Origin: Rhizodiscina lignyota
Lineage: Eukaryota
DNA length: 63,999 nucleotides
Assembly (NCBI GenBank): GCA_010015805.1
Contig: ML978122.1
Location: 3,258,453-3,322,451, forward strand
Direction: 5' to 3'
In this document: one piece after another, positions 12,530 to 24,026 of the stretch
How the letters are laid out: the number at the start of each line of letters is the position of its first letter
How positions within the stretch are numbered: the first letter of the stretch is position 1
Position numbers and translations under genes: made by a program
Notes under the pieces: model-generated
The model's database searches: none
The model's input: only the letters and a program-made list of their open reading frames with translations
What the model was told of the DNA's origin: nothing

Positions 12530-14384
12530 ATGGACGTGGTGTCTGGTGTGGAAGACTCCTGATTATCGGTGGAATTGTGAGATACTGGATATATTGGCGC
12601 TATGCCGAGGTAATGATAATAGTATTTGATTTGCTGCTTCTGGAGGCGCCTCAAAGTCAATCGACGCCAATGTTGCGTATACTCGGAAATCGGAGCGGTT
12701 ATTTGAATATAACACGGTTAGAACCATCAACTGCCGATTGATAGTTTTGCCAGGCTGTACCGGGGAAGTTCAATCTACGTATTTAAATATTTCGTAGTAT
12801 TCCCCACACCCCACACTGTTACCCCGCAGGTTGACTGCTTCAGGCTTTGAGTTCGGCTCTTGTCCCCATTACTTGTGGCTTAAGCCTCGCTGTCGCTGTC
12901 ATGGAGGTTGACCCTCGCTTACATACATGTGGCTGTATTGAAACTAGGCTTCTGGCAAATCTTGGTGTCTATGCACTTTATCTGCACGGCATTCAGCTTC
13001 GGCCTCATTGTCAACAGGAGGCTGCTCGGATATATTAAAATGTGTTTTACAAAGTTGGCCGCATCTCTCCCCCTCAATGTCGAGTGTCGACTACCTTCAG
13101 ATTTGTTTTTGCGGATTTGAGGCACTTTCCTTCCATTTTGCAGAGTATCGTATCTGGTACCAAGTACATCGTTTTATATTTCCGGTTAGCTCTCGACGAT
13201 GGATGCTTTCAACACATTCTTCACTGAGTATACTACATATTGGCTTGCTAAAACCTCTTACGCCAACAGTGTTACAGATAACACTTGTACCGCTCTGTTT
13301 TCACAGGAACGTACAAGAGTGCTATCGGACTACGCATCACAATGTAAAAATCGCTGAATTGGAAACACGGCTTGGTACTAGAGACTAGTGCGAAAATGAA
13401 GACAACCATGTTCTACTCCAGATCGCTTGGGTCCCAATACAAGCGGATGGTTTCCCTTAAGAGACCTTGATCCCCTAATCAATGATATCTCCCCAGACCG
13501 AAACCAACCTTGTGAATCTCTTCAAAATTAAGAGCGCGTTCGAGTATTCCGGTACCTGTGGTCAAATGTTCCATTTGGAGCGCTTCGACCAGGAAACCAC
13601 GTCTTAAACACGCGCCTTTTTGATCCAAGTGAAAGGCATGGCCAATGTTTACCTGGTCCCATGATCCGGCGCTACTATCGTCCACGGAATGTTTTGGGGA
13701 AGATGCGGCGATATTGATATGATGAAGAGTATCGTCGATTGCTTCAAAGGGCGGGCCTGTATTCATGCAATGTTTCTCGCCCAAGCTTGGACAATGCTAC
13801 AAGAATGCAGATTGAGGAAGCTGATGATGCATACCACGCAATATTCAGGGCGCATAGAGCGCCGAACACGCTTCCATTGGTGGAAATTTTGACCCACCGA
13901 GGTTGCAGCAAAGGGAGACATGCACTCACTCTTAACCGAGCTTAGTGGGATGAAGGAGAAGTTGGATTTGCGTCAGCGAGACCCCAATTTGCTCAAACTG
14001 TCCTCGAAGCACCACAGCCTCTTGTGTTCCAGATCAGCGATGGAGAAATAAAGAGCGTGGATCTCATTCCGAGGCTATCGCGACGGGTCATGCTGAGTCT
14101 GTACGCCCTCATGCTGGGACTTCTGAGATGCTCTAGCCGTGTCAACTGCTTAAAAATCGGCTGAAAGTACCTGTGAGGCGAACGAGAGCGCTGAAGACGC
14201 CAAAAGTGCACTGAGGCGACTAAAGATAAGAGTAAAGAAATGTACGAGAAGGTAACTGCAGATACAGACTCCACTGTTACGGAAGTCCAGATCGGAAGTG
14301 CTCCACTGAATAGAGAGCATGTGCTCGGGACTTGGAGACGGAGACTGCGGTAATATGGGTTCGGCATTCTGGTACAATTTTATC

Positions 14385-15291
14385 TCAAGCCTTGTTGACT
14401 AAAGTTAGCGTCTCGAAATTGCTGTATCTCGAAAGGTACCGCTCATCTCTCCGGTAATAATAAAGGGTCAATCTGTCCCAGTTTCTCGCCGCCTCCGGTA
14501 GCTGTCGATATCCTGGATCGAATACCAGCAGCCTACGCTTCCCATTCTGGTCTCGCTCAATTCCAACAATAGTCAGAGAATGCGAGGGTCTTTGCAGGAA
14601 AATGGGAGAACGATTGGTTCGAATAATCCGGTCTGACCTTTGACTGGTTCCAGAGGTAAAGTGTGCCTCAATGGAGTCGAGAAGCTCTAGCCATGCCTTT
14701 TCACCTGTGAATGCCGCCGCTTTGCAGGGCAAGTTGAGACTTTGGAGTAGAGCTTGGGCCTATTAAGTATGAGTATGAGTAAGTAATACTCTTTTGGCGA
14801 ATGACAGACAGACACACTTCCGATGTACCAATGTGTTTTCGAGTTCCTGTGATTCCACCCGTTTCGATGCGGCCATGATCATTGAAACCCATATTCCAGG
14901 CCTTTTCGATCATCTCCTGCAGCTCCAGTATCGAATAGATAGGATGCGGCTCTGGCAACATCATCTGTATGTTGCGATAAGCACAGAAATGGTTTCCCTC
15001 GCCACGAAGCTTGCATATCTGGGTCACGGACTGATCGCAGAGGTACGCGAATTCGACATCTTGATCCTTTTCTAGTAGATCGGCCAACAGGTTGATAACA
15101 CCAGACACCTTATTTGTTGGTAACTCCTTCTCGACGATCCTCGCGACGCGGTCTGGCATGCGCTCCTCGAAAGCATGACGACCAAGTTCACGTTTCTGAG
15201 ATTGGGGTCAGAATAATATTAAATAGTACAGGCAAATAGAAAAGGAGAGTCTTACTCCAAGACGACGGACATCTGGGGCGCTCTCGTCCAT
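14385..15291 (-). CDS. Peptidase family C78 (ZUFSP/Mug105-like deubiquitinase-type cysteine protease), short form without zinc fingers
   Basis: Exon 1 MDESAPDVRRLG (ATG 15291), intron, then KRELGRHAFEERMP...NHFCAYRNIQM (catalytic Cys), IEKAWNMG, TRKHIGTSE. After an intron come PIFLQRPSHSLTIVGIE (His) and LLVFDP (Asp). Confidence 0.8.
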
Positions 15292-15889
15292 TGGACTTCT
15301 CCGCCATCAGCGAGCCAAGACTTCCGCTGGCTTATGACGTCCTAGTGCATGTTCATCGCGCATCAAGTAGATAGAGAAACCGGACTGAAGGCGAAGATAT
15401 GTAATAGTTACAGGAGATGCAACTGCGCCTCGCACGTGTACAAGTAAATTGATCTACTTGGACGCGCCGTTCGGGGTAAGCGGTGAGGCTGATATTACTC
15501 GTGAGGGTGAGAGTTGCGACCAGCATGCGAGTGGCAGCGAGATTGCAGGTGGCTCCACCAGTAAGGGGCGGATGACGTTGATTCAGCTGCGTTCAAGCAG
15601 AGGCCAGCAGCCGCCGCGCCCAGCCTTACGCGGCACTAAACTTGGCGGACGCGACAAGCATTGGACAAGCTTAGCACGGTCAAAACAAGCTTTAAGCGCG
15701 CTAGCCGCATCAAGCCAGTTGCTCATCATGCATAAACAGCTGTCCGCCGCCTGCCAGCATTCCCCCTCTGACACTCGCTCTCAGCTGCTCATCACTCTCA
15801 CTTCCTCCCTTACAAAAAGTCGCTCAAAGCCTTCAAATTTCGATTTCTCGACTTTCCGCGTGCTCGCAAAGCAACACCCTACCACAATC

Positions 15890-16330
15890 ATGCCTGCTTC
15901 CACCGTCGAGAACCAGCCCCAAGTTGCGCGCGAGCAAATGGTCGCCCAACCCGGCGCACAGAACGATAACGTTGCCAACAACCAGCAGGAGGTACAAGCA
16001 CTCTGATTGGACCCGTTCAAGTCTCTATCGTGCTAATATCATACAGAATGGCGAGCAAGAGCGCCAGCCGCGCCTCAGCATGAGAGGTGGTGGTCTTATC
16101 CGTAAGTCTTCTCCATCCCCTTCGTGGTCATCAAAGCTGTGAGGAAGGTGAAACTGACTTTAATCGCTCTTTAGTTGATCTGTACGTGCCCTGAAACCCA
16201 CCAATGCACCTTGTGCAACATTCCGCCATTTCCGAACCTATGCTAACAAAGAAAAAGCTGCGCCTGCTTCATCTGTTGCGAGGCTTGCAAGGGATGCTGT
16301 GAGGCCATCGATGACTGCTGCTGCTGCTAA
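15890..16330 (+). CDS. Small protein with Gln/Pro-rich N-terminus, RLSMRGGG motif and Cys-rich C-terminal tail (CYSTM-like)
   Basis: Four exons: MPASTVENQP...QQE | NGEQERQPRLSMRGGGLI | 7-nt micro-exon 16175-16181 | CACFICCEACKGCCEAIDDCCCC* (TAA 16328-16330). All introns are GT..AG with branch sites. Confidence 0.75.
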
Positions 16331-17743
16331 GCGCTTTCATAACAAATGCTCGACTCCAAGCATATCGGGAGGGATTCGGAATACCGGTGGTTTACGGGGG
16401 CATGTAATGGTTCTTGGGTGAAGGTTCAATCGGTCGGACTCGATGCAACAATTTCATGGTCCTGGTAGCGTGGATACAGCGTAGCTTTATATCCAATTGA
16501 GAAGTACCTTGATCTTTAGCCTTCCGTACGCGTGCGGGCATGCTACTCCTCGTTTTCGAAGTGAGATGGCCCCGTTTCCCCCAGGATTTCGCGAATCTGC
16601 AGGTTTCTTTGTGTGTTTAAGTTGACTCAAGGGAAGCTCTCACCAGCAAGCCTTCCGTCACGGATTCTCATGCTTGAAACACCTTTTCATCCTTCGGTGG
16701 TCGAACGTTTACAACAATCAACGACGCTGGTGTCGGTTGGGATGTCTTCGGCCAATTGGCAACGGGCAATTGGCAGTTTTCGCACTAGAGACATGCATAG
16801 GGAGAGAGGTAATTGATAAAGATGAGAGAAATGAGGATGTCTGTAGGAGGGCGTGCCATTCTTCAGTGCCACGGTCCTCGATATGGATGGAGAATCGGCT
16901 GATATTCGGCCATTCATTCCAAGCAAAGTCCGATTACCTCAGCAGGAGCAGGCTCCAGCCACTTCATCGACCCACGAACAATGGTGACTATCTTTCCAAG
17001 CAATCACCACAGGTGCATTTGAACCGCTTTGATTTGACCGCAATCACTTGGGGGCTTTGGCTAATACTACCCGCAATCGTCTCGACTTCCAGCATCTCGG
17101 TAAATCGAACAGGCTTTCACCAGAACGCGTGCAATCACCACGTGGATATGTCGGAGATTATGCAACAGCCATGATCGTGTATGTGGAGCCCTGGCTTCGG
17201 GGCCTTGGAACATGAAATTGGACTTGTAGCGCTTTCAAAGCCTTCCGATGCACTCTAGAGGCTGATATCGCTTTTCTGCAACAACCACTATGCAAACTTC
17301 AAGTACTATCGCACGAAGAGATTCCAATCCTCTTCACCGGTCCTCTTGCCATTGCCGTTGAGAGTCTGTCCTCGGCTATTGCGCCTGAAGTTCAGTACAG
17401 CAGAAGGATTGTGGTCTCCGGGCAACTGGGAGAAAGCTTACTCCCGATTTCGCCGAATGGAAGGCTGAAAGATTCGCCAAAGCCGACACAGTTGTGCCTA
17501 CAAAATATGGATCCTCAGTAGTTGCTGATTAACGCGTCATGACCCAGGCCTCCAGAAGCGCTCTTTTGTATTGAGAGGCAAGGCTCAGCTCATCTATCCC
17601 GCACTTTTCAGTCCCGAGAGAGCTCATTTCTTTGTTGCTTTGAATGACTTTGAACTAATTACTATTCCGATCAATCTTCGAAAAATTGTAGATTGCATTA
17701 CATCCCCCCTTGTCCTTGGGGTGTGTGCGCTTATACCAATATC

Positions 17744-18470
17744 ATGTCCAAACTCATCGTTGTTACAGGAGCAACGGGCCGTCAAGGCGGTCAAGTGGTT
17801 CGCGCCTTATTGAATCAGCCATTATTCTCATCCGTTGAATACGCAATCTGTGCAATCACGCGCAATCCAGCATCTCCCGCAGCAAAATCACCTGCCTCGC
17901 TCTCACCGGCCGTTAAGCTCAGCCAAGGTCATCTGTCTAGGCCTTTGAAGCTGGTACAATCTCTTCCGGAAAGGCCATGGGCGATTTATATCATGACGAG
18001 ACCCAAGAACACGGAGGTTTAAGATGCGGCACGTCTCATTGATGCTGCTTTGGAAACCGGCGTTCAACATTGTGTTATCTAGCGTGGATCGTGGGCACAA
18101 CTCTACCGAGGGCTTCAATCGATCTTGCAGAGTCCCCGTATGGAACACGAAACATCACATTGAAGCACATCTTCGCCAACGCATTGCAGCAGGAGACGGC
18201 AAGCCCTGCACTTACACCATCATTGGGCCCGTCTTCTCCCTTGACAATTTGGCCCCGAACTTCTTCGGAAGACTCACAGCAACCTGGTGGGACTCATTCC
18301 TCCAAGGAAAGCCTCTCAGGGTAATTGATACTATGGATGTTGGCAACTTTGCTGCTCAAGCACTCCTTGACCCTACCTCTCCCCGCTTTGCAAATGCCGA
18401 AGTCAATCTAGCCGGAGACGTACTCACCTTTGATCAGGCGAATAAGACTTTCTATCAGCGGAGTTGCTGA
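17744..18470 (+). pseudogene. NmrA-like/isoflavone-reductase-like NAD(P)-binding protein, disrupted
   Basis: MSKLIVVTGATGRQGGQVV...AITRNPASPAAK. In-frame TAA at 18020-18022, after which the same frame continues DAARLIDAALETGVQH. Frameshift at ~18070 into VLSSVDRG...TKHHIEAHL...LAGDVLTF. No intron signals seen that would rescue it. Confidence 0.8.
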
Positions 18471-18963
18471 GGCGACCACAAGCGTAAGCACAAGTGTTCG
18501 TGTTGTCTCAACTGTCGTTAGCTAATCTGACGATAGCAGTAACCACATTTCAATGGTATGCCATATGCGCAATCGCTGTTGTCACATTCATGTAGATCCG
18601 CACGTCAAAGGCAGGTGCAACATTTATAATACCTGCGAGGTCGTGATAGAAGCGTGACTCCAGAGCGGACTTCGTCCCGTCACATTCATTCAGACAGTGT
18701 AAGACGATCGGGTCGGTCCACACTTCGCTGATTTGTTCAGAAGACAGTTGGCATGGTCAAAGCACCAAAAGTAAAAGTAAAACCCGAATGTCAATTGCAA
18801 TCTAGCGATCGTATCATACACATTGTAAGGAAACAAGGAAACAGTCATATGAGATCGTCAAAGAGTGGCTGCCGGCTCAGTTCTCTTTCCCCCTTCTCTT
18901 AGTCCGCCAGGGACGAGAATTCCATATTCTTCACCTCCTTCGTGGCGACATTGCTGAACAGTT

Positions 18964-19967
18964 TTACTGCTTGCTAGGAGCAGCGCAGCCGTAGCCGTAT
19001 CCAAGGTTGATGGAGCAGCCGGCATCCTCTTCAAGGTCACCGCGCTTGATCATTTCCCCGAGGTGTCGCTTCATGATCTCGTTCTCAACAACGTCCCGCT
19101 TGCTTGAGGCACAGCCGTAGCTATAGCCGAGGTTGACTGAGCAGCCAGCATCCTCCTCAAGTCCGCTATCTGTCGCACGTCTCTTGATCTCCTCCTCGAC
19201 GGCGGCCCTCTTGGATGGAGCACATCCGTAGCTGTAGCCAAGGGTGACCGAGCAACCGGCATCGGGCTCAGCCGTCGAGCGCCTCTTGATCTCAGCATGG
19301 CGCTTGGCAATGGCGTCCTCAACCACGGAGCGCTTGGAAGAAGCACAGCCGTAGCTGTAGCCAAGGTTAACAGAGCAGCCAGCGTCCTCCTCGAGGTCAC
19401 CACGCTTGGTCATCTCCGCCAAATGACGCTTCGCAATCTCGCCTTCGACAAAAGCGCGCTTGGAAGACGAGGCGCAGCCATAGCTGTAGCCGAGCGTGAT
19501 GGAGCAGCCGGCATCCTCATTGAGGTCGCCATCGGTTGCGCGCTTCTTGATTTCGTTCTCGACAGCGGAGCGCTTGCTCGAGGCGCAGCCATAGCTGTAA
19601 CCAAGGTTGACAGAGCATCCAGCATCCTCCTCAAGATCGCCGCGCTTCACCATCTCGGCCATGTGGCGCTTTGCGATCTCTCCCTCGACGACATCACGCT
19701 TGGAGGAAGCGCAGCCGTAGCTGTAGCCAAGGTTGACGGAGCAACCAGCATCCTCATTGAGGTCTGTATCAGTTGCACGAGGAAGGAGGCCCTTGGACTT
19801 CAGAGTCTCCAAGATTTTGAGACCTGCGTAATGTCAGCGGCTGCGGATAAGACTGGGATAGGAGAAGGTGGCCTACCTTCAGCTGGGGAAGATGCCTGGA
19901 TGGTTGCTGGGGCGCCAGCAACGGCGGTCGCCGTAGCGAGCATAGACACAAGCTGGGAGAAGAGCAT
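18964..19967 (-). CDS. Secreted Kex2-processed repeat protein (KEP); putative fungal RiPP precursor, 316 aa, 7 core repeats
   Basis: Exon 1 19967-19877 encodes a signal peptide, MLFSQLVSMLATATAVAGAP. Intron 19876-19824 (GTAGGC...GCTGAC...CAG). Exon 2 encodes seven (E/P)DAGCS[VI][NT]LGY[SG]YGCA units bounded by KR/RR sites. Confidence 0.92.
18970..19775 (-). repeat. Coding tandem repeat array (7 core units plus spacer peptides)
   Basis: The + strand shows the motif family CAGCC(G/A)TAGCT(G/A)TAGCC(A/G)AGGTT recurring seven times with minor variants. Confidence 0.95.
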
Positions 19968-20129
19968 TTTGATTGAATGAAGTGTTTGTCCAAACGACTT
20001 GACTTGTGCGATTTTGCAAAGCTGCTTGGATGAACGAAGGGGAGCTTGGTGTCTTGCTTGGCTGACGACTCGCTATGGTGCTGAGATCGGAGGCGATGGT
20101 TCTCGTCAAAAGCCGTGAAATCGAGTGCA

Positions 20130-20135
20130 TTTATA
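20130..20135 (-). promoter_or_regulatory. Candidate TATA box of the precursor gene
   Basis: GGTATAAATGC on the - strand, ~165 bp upstream of the ATG at 19967. Position only; not validated. Confidence 0.45.
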
Positions 20136-22322
20136 CCTATCAGGACGACACCATTATCGCCCCTCGCGACTCTATCGTCGCAGCTCTTTCTGCATTTCTG
20201 GAAGGTCTTCGTTATCGTGCTCATCAACATCGTCGCTTTCGACTTTCGAGTCAGTTTCGCGCCCGTCTGTCTCATCAGTTGTACCTCCAGGCCCACAAAT
20301 GCTGAGCTGATTGTTGATCTAAGAGTCCGTAAACGTTGACTGATAGTCCCTGAACGTTGAGTTGAGGAAGGTTTCGTAGTGATCAGGTCGAAAATCTTGC
20401 TCTTCATTGCAATGATATTCGCGTCGTCAGCGCTGAACGGCCCTTCTGAATGTGACTTTGAAATACCGAGTATTGATCAACCCTTGGCTCAGCAAGACTG
20501 TGGAGAAGTCCATGTCGACTAAATCGAAGGTCCTTCCTTTTATTTCAATGATTTTCGAACCCCCAGCGAGTGAGCATTTGTAAACTCCCTAGTCTCGCGC
20601 GGAGACTCGAGCCGGTTTATCTTTGATCAACGAACGATGACCGTGAGCAGTCAAGTTGGCCTCGCAAGGAGTATACGCAGGGGCTACGACCGCTGATGGA
20701 ATTCCGAGAGTTGTACCGTGTACGAGTTCAGGCGATTCTGTCAATCATCAGCCGCGACAGTCACGAGATAATAGACGAGAGAGAATCATCACTCAAGATA
20801 GAAATCGGTAACGAGGTTTGAGGAGAAGGTGTTTCTCGTTCTCGGATTAACACACCCCCTTTACCTTCTCCTTCGGTATGTACACAGAGCAGCACTAGCG
20901 CGCTAGGGGCGACAACCACGACTGAAGTTGATCATAACTTGGGAGAGAAATAGTAGTAGAACTAACGAGAGGAGGGGACATAGTACTGCCGCGAAGGAGA
21001 TCGACAGTGCGCTCTCTAGTTGCAGCAAATTACGAGCAGAACGGAACAACGAAAAGCCCTCCTCTTCATGAAAGTGGCAAGAAAAAGACAAATAGAAAGA
21101 CGACACACTGTGGCTACACATTACTAGAGATATCAGAAATGATTCCCTGACTCGCGCAACCACACCAAGCCTTCAGCTTATGGAATGTAAAGTCAGATTG
21201 TAAGAACGAAGGAGAGAGATGTCGTTGGATTAAAGTGCGTTGATCGTGCTCCATCAGGACAGCTTGCAGGGACCTTGGGACGAGAAATATGGAGCCAATA
21301 CCGACGCACAGTAACCCCATGAGATGGCACAGTAATACGCTCTCAAAATACAGCCAGAAGCGGCAACCTACGATTTCCCCAGCAATGAAGGCATGGTGAC
21401 TTACGGATCCACATGGGGTATTTTGGCCCCAAAGAGGCATTTCTACTGCTATCATAGGCTAGCCTCGCATTCGCATTACGCTCTAACCTCGTAATCGTAT
21501 TAATCCGACTAATTAAATACTTTCCCGTGCCCGCGATTTTAGCGATGTGACAGGCTAAGACAATTCCATTGGATGGGAATGCTCACCTTTTGGCACCAGC
21601 CTGTTTATTCCCGGCAAAATAAGATTTTAACCTTAACACTACTCCTGTACGCCTCGGTGCGAACCGATCTACTGTGGGGTTGAGGGGTTGCAACATCTGC
21701 ATAAGTACAATGCTCTCAAATTATCACAGGTCGTATTTTCGTAGCCTTCACGCTAAGAACGGGTACATATCTCGTCAGAAGAATATTTGGGAACCAATTC
21801 GCGGAAGGTATCTGGACCTTTGGCCCCAAGATCAACGGGCCTGATAAAACGTTCAGTTACACGTGCAGCCTCATTTCAGCTCAAGTGGCCTCAAGCCACG
21901 GCAAATTCGAGAGCATGTCGCATCCTCCTGCCACATTCAGCCTTGAATCTGATACAAACGAGCAATTCAAGGGCTAGTTTACCGCTGGTATCCGTCACAC
22001 GAGCCCCACGCTGTCTCGTCCACGACTTGGCAGACTTGCATTCAACCTGAAAGTCGTCCGCATTATCCGAACGATGTCGGAGGCGTGAGAATATGGTCCG
22101 CACGCTCTTCGCAACGCAAAAGATAGCCTCTGACATGAAAGGGGCGGAAGGACAATCACAACCATCCTGAGTGATAGTTGAGCTAAACATTTGCATATCA
22201 CTTTCCCTCCCATTTTGAAGATCTTTCACCTTGGAGCCTTGAAAGAGTCTTGTGGTCTGCTATAGACATGGCTTTGCTTCGCTCCGCTCTGTCTTGTACA
22301 TTCCATTCAAACTTCTCACAAA

Positions 22323-23291
22323 ATGGAATTGGATGAAAAATATCACGACGAGGACATTGCCCTGCGCTCTTCAGGCGAAGAGGAGTCCAAGAGTGACCCT
22401 CATGAAGCCTTTCTACCATCCGGTAACAAGAGAAGATATGTCCAGATCCAAGTCTCAATTCATAGGTGGATGCTGCATGTTCTGCTCCTGAGTATCAACC
22501 TTCTGGCACTCATCTATCTTGTCTTGTCTTTGCGGGAGAGTAAGGTGGAACGTCTGGTTTATTGTAAGCGTTATCTTTTCAGTCTCCTTCTGCTCATAAG
22601 CTTACATTTTATAGCACCTCTCAACGATATTATCACACCCACCAGGGAGTATCGAAACATCACGCTCGGCGATCGGACGCCGTTCACAGATGCTCCAGGT
22701 CCTGCTGTCGATGCGCTGTGGAATAGCATCTCTGTTCCTCCCGGAGATGTCGGCGTCGTTATCCTGAATCAGCAAGAGAAAGACAAGTGGGGTGTTACGA
22801 CTGTGAAATTGGCAGATGGTTCAGGATATGCAGCCACAATCGACGTGTTCCATCAACTTCACTGTCTGGATCAGCTGAGGCAATTCATTTTCAATGACAC
22901 GTACAAGATCTCACCTACAGAGCATCCGCTGTGGGAAGATCATATCGGTAAGTTGCTTACCAATGTCATGTCCTGTTGCTGACTCTTACTCAAAGCACAT
23001 TGCATTGACTCAATTCGCCTCTCTCTACAGTGCAGTGCAGACGTGAGTTTGATGCCATGGAATTGGATTCGTGGTTATGCGCTGCCCTGGCCTGATTTTC
23101 GGGCCAAGCATGAGTGTCGTAACTGGGACGACATTGTCGCATGGGCATTGGACCGGAAGCTGGATACGGAGAAGCCAGGCATTTGGGTCCATCCAGAACT
23201 GGGAAATAAAGACCTTTTGGATGAGAGCTTCACGCAAAATCCTTTGGAGGATGGGAAGGAAATTGAATATTTGGAGGATAATCTCTACTAG
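22323..23291 (+). CDS. DUF3328 / UstYa-like oxidase (fungal RiPP maturase family)
   Basis: N-terminal TM helix; VYSPL after removing intron 22564-22614; PGPAVDALW; first motif VFHQLHCLD. After removing intron 22948-22995, second motif HIAHCIDSIRLSLQCSADVS. C-terminal HECRNWDDIVAWA. All are hallmark DUF3328 motifs. Confidence 0.95.
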
Positions 23292-24026
23292 CTAGAGAGT
23301 GACTTCTTCTCTTCAGCTAAAATGATTGTTTTCGACTTTCATGTATTCGTATCGTTGGAGTCTGCAGGTTTCTGGCTCCGCGGTTGTCATTTACGATGTC
23401 GTCGGCTCAGTGTAAGAACAGTCTGATGTAGTACATTCGCTTCCGTCATTACCAGCTTGGTCGTTTCATTCCATCTCGGGGCACTCACAGCAATACCAGG
23501 TCGCAAACTGCCAACCCTTAAGTGACGTAGTCTTCGGTGATTGAAATGACGTGCAAACAACATGTACCTGTTACCTGTTGTTGTTTTCAATGAAGCTACA
23601 GCAAACAGGACTCTGAGCGAGAGTATGGCGCAGACGAAAGATTTATGTGGAGCGGTATGGTCTCATTGTTCATACTGGAGATTATTTCCTCATCCGAAAC
23701 CCCTCTGCCCCTTCCAAGAAATGCGCAGAATGGCTCTACATGTTGAGTAACACAAGTCTCGCCGCCTTGCACAACCACTCACAGCAGATCAGAAAAGATT
23801 TCGCATCGTATATTTGTTTGACAAATTACATGACAAATCTCTCAGGCTAGTGCATCCGCCTCGTTCTCTGCGCATTCATATCTATCGATAACCGTTATCA
23901 AATTCTTGAAACAATGCACTCGATATTTGACGAACTTGTGTCAGGCGCGCAAAAGAGATAACCCTCTGCATGATATATGGCGGTGCACAGCGGATACGGA
24001 ATATATTTGTTGAGGAGCTACGTGCA

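Noticed and set aside
16613..17500. Short ORFs between the Cys-rich gene and the NmrA pseudogene (possible decayed gene)
   Set aside because: No motif I can assign with confidence.
18970..19775. CRISPR-like repeat/spacer periodicity
   Set aside because: Eukaryotic coding repeat with synonymous variation; spacers are related to each other; no cas genes.
18964..19967. Alpha-factor-like mating pheromone precursor (KR sites, DA/EP dipeptides, two Cys)
   Set aside because: Pezizomycotina alpha-pheromones are typically Trp-Cys-initiated 9-11-mers with GQ/xPC motifs and long X-A/X-P runs. Here the core has no Trp, has C-x9-C spacing and sits beside a DUF3328 gene. Disfavoured, not formally excluded.
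19297..19980. 227-aa + strand ORF with repeats, and alternate-frame ORFs 19071..19403 and 19410..19634
   Set aside because: Antisense or off-frame shadows of the GC-rich precursor repeats.
19769..20407. 212-aa - strand ORF overlapping the precursor 5' end
   Set aside because: Runs through the promoter, exon 1 and intron in a different frame; no recognisable protein features.
20400..22300. Small ORFs in the precursor/DUF3328 intergenic region
   Set aside because: No recognisable domains or splice structure; treated as a divergent promoter region, possibly with relic sequence.
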